Shown here piece by piece: positions 63,976 through 64,000 of a stretch of DNA of 64,000 nucleotides (the stretch's first letter is position 1; every line of letters starts with the position of its first letter). The notes under the pieces are model-generated. The model worked only from the letters and a program-made list of their open reading frames with translations. It ran no database searches and was not told the origin of the DNA. Origin of the DNA: a virus; the IMG/VR virus record IMGVR_UViG_3300028610_001991, one strand, 5' to 3'. Both the position numbers and the translations under genes were made by a program.

Positions 63976-64000
63976 ATACTCAAATGGTAAATTATTAGTA

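Noticed and set aside
1-64000. CRISPR array
   Set aside because: No regularly spaced repeat-spacer units; the only tandem repeats are in-frame coding repeats (27.6-28.0 kb, 53.8-53.9 kb, 59.1-59.6 kb).
1-64000. Alternative genetic code (stop-codon recoding)
   Set aside because: Long conserved genes are intact under code 11 and end with all three stops; the few interrupted micro-ORFs use different stops and look like decay.

Overview
This is an AT-rich, densely coding segment of a large (jumbo/huge-type) bacteriophage genome. It uses the standard genetic code, has sigma70-like TTGACA/TATAAT promoters, and contains no rRNA, CRISPR array or recognisable capsid/terminase genes. Layout: (1) 1-597, the 3' part of a DUF3380-type muramidase gene. 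(2) 588-13888, an 18-gene translationally coupled glycan cluster: about 9 glycosyltransferase-like genes, 4 methyltransferases, a kinase-methyltransferase fusion, GDP-fucose synthesis (gmd, fcl), a CysC fused to a HIGH-type nucleotidyltransferase, and a sulfotransferase-like gene. (3) 14035-29544, replication/recombination: SF2 helicase with intein, initiator-like wHTH, RuvC-like resolvase, DnaC-like loader, DnaB, primase, SNase, family A polymerase with a degenerate UDG domain, gp32-like SSB and RecA. Both transcription units start with the same 49-bp palindrome-containing element. (4) 29797-39575, nucleotide metabolism and repair: pyrF with a Cys-rich insertion, pyrE, NDT-like, MazG-like, SbcD/SbcC, DUF5664, ThyX with intein. 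(5) 39.7-55.2 kb, accessory genes: amino-MTase coupled to a radical SAM gene, RecD2, RHH plus ParM-like actin, UDG, small Zn-finger proteins. (6) 55.2-58.7 kb, an 'RNA island' with two long, hairpin-dense non-coding regions (about 540 and 350 nt), an ultra-acidic 52-aa peptide, a DUF433 protein, an RRM protein and a degenerate tRNA-Leu. (7) 58.8-64 kb, a convergent minus-strand block: repeat protein, SF2 helicase, RHH and Topo VI-A/Spo11-like protein. The strongest novelty candidates are the large structured RNAs with their adjacent RRM/acidic-peptide genes, and the pathway for a putative sulfated, methylated fucose-containing glycan. All family assignments come from motif recognition by eye and all folds were paired by hand; no databases or programs were run.
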